Assembly: GCA_964493305.1 (NCBI GenBank)
Contig: CAZBLW010000002.1
Location: 21,244 to 74,676, forward strand
Direction of reading: 5' to 3'
DNA: 53,433 bases
Origin: an uncultured Gammaproteobacteria bacterium
GTDB taxonomy: Bacteria; Patescibacteriota; Patescibacteriia; S139-126
The position numbers and the translations under genes were made by a program. The notes beneath the pieces were generated by a model. The model did no database searches. It was not told where the DNA came from and saw only the letters and a list, made by a program, of their open reading frames with translations. The number at the start of each line of letters is the position of its first letter. Within the stretch, counting starts at the first letter, position 1. Shown one piece after another: positions 53,305 to 53,433 of the stretch.

Positions 53305-53433
53305 ATGAGTGTTGATCAAACAGCCGTAATGTATTTGTCCGCCTATGGGCCAGTAGCTATTTTTTTGGGTGCATTTTTTTTTGGCGAGTCAGTTATTATT
53401 GCTGCTGCTTTTTTAGCTAGTCAAGGTTTATGG
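53305..53433 (+). CDS. N-terminus of a DedA/VTT-family membrane protein (runs off the window)
   Basis: MSVDQTAVMYLSAYGPVAIFLGAFFFGESVIIAAAFLASQGLW; YG--AIF...GE----AA--LA-QG pattern. Confidence 0.7.
   Translation, partial: MSVDQTAVMYLSAYGPVAIFLGAFFFGESVIIAAAFLASQGLW

Overview
Low-GC, gene-dense bacterial chromosome segment using the standard code (TGA acts as a stop). The gene content points to Patescibacteria/CPR, probably Parcubacteria-like; this is an inference from tRNA-Ile(UAU), a DHH pair flanking infB-rbfA, pilT, archaeal-like Cmk/Trm11/Elp3, and core genes largely lacking SD motifs. Positions 1-37 kb are mostly core genes: rplS, cmk, RluA-family, infB, rbfA, nrnA, clpP, rny-ymdB, HU, pilT, UvrD, ECF sigma plus anti-sigma, PMM/PGM, murI, ftsK, RodZ-like, recA, efp, rpsF-ssb-rpsR, ychF, ddl, glyA and six tRNAs. 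Positions 37-53 kb are more accessory: membrane/surface proteins, SdpR/SdpI, a two-component system, an ABC exporter, plsY, an RRM protein, a desaturase and orphans. No CRISPR array, rRNA, transposase or integrase was recognised. Top leads: (1) a head-to-head Elp3 + Trm9/ALKBH8-like methyltransferase pair whose start codons overlap in one ATGCAT palindrome, suggesting a eukaryote-like (m)cm5U34 tRNA pathway, alongside tRNA-Ile(UAU) and a Trm11-like enzyme; (2) an ORF-free, multi-stem ~290-nt ncRNA candidate with its own promoter and terminator (49336-49630); (3) a DEDDy exonuclease-WYL fusion ending in a beta-clamp-like motif; (4) two tRNA 3'-end duplications with GC-rich hairpin inserts in the T-loop; (5) a likely 6S RNA upstream of rny. 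All family calls come from motif recognition by eye, not database searches.
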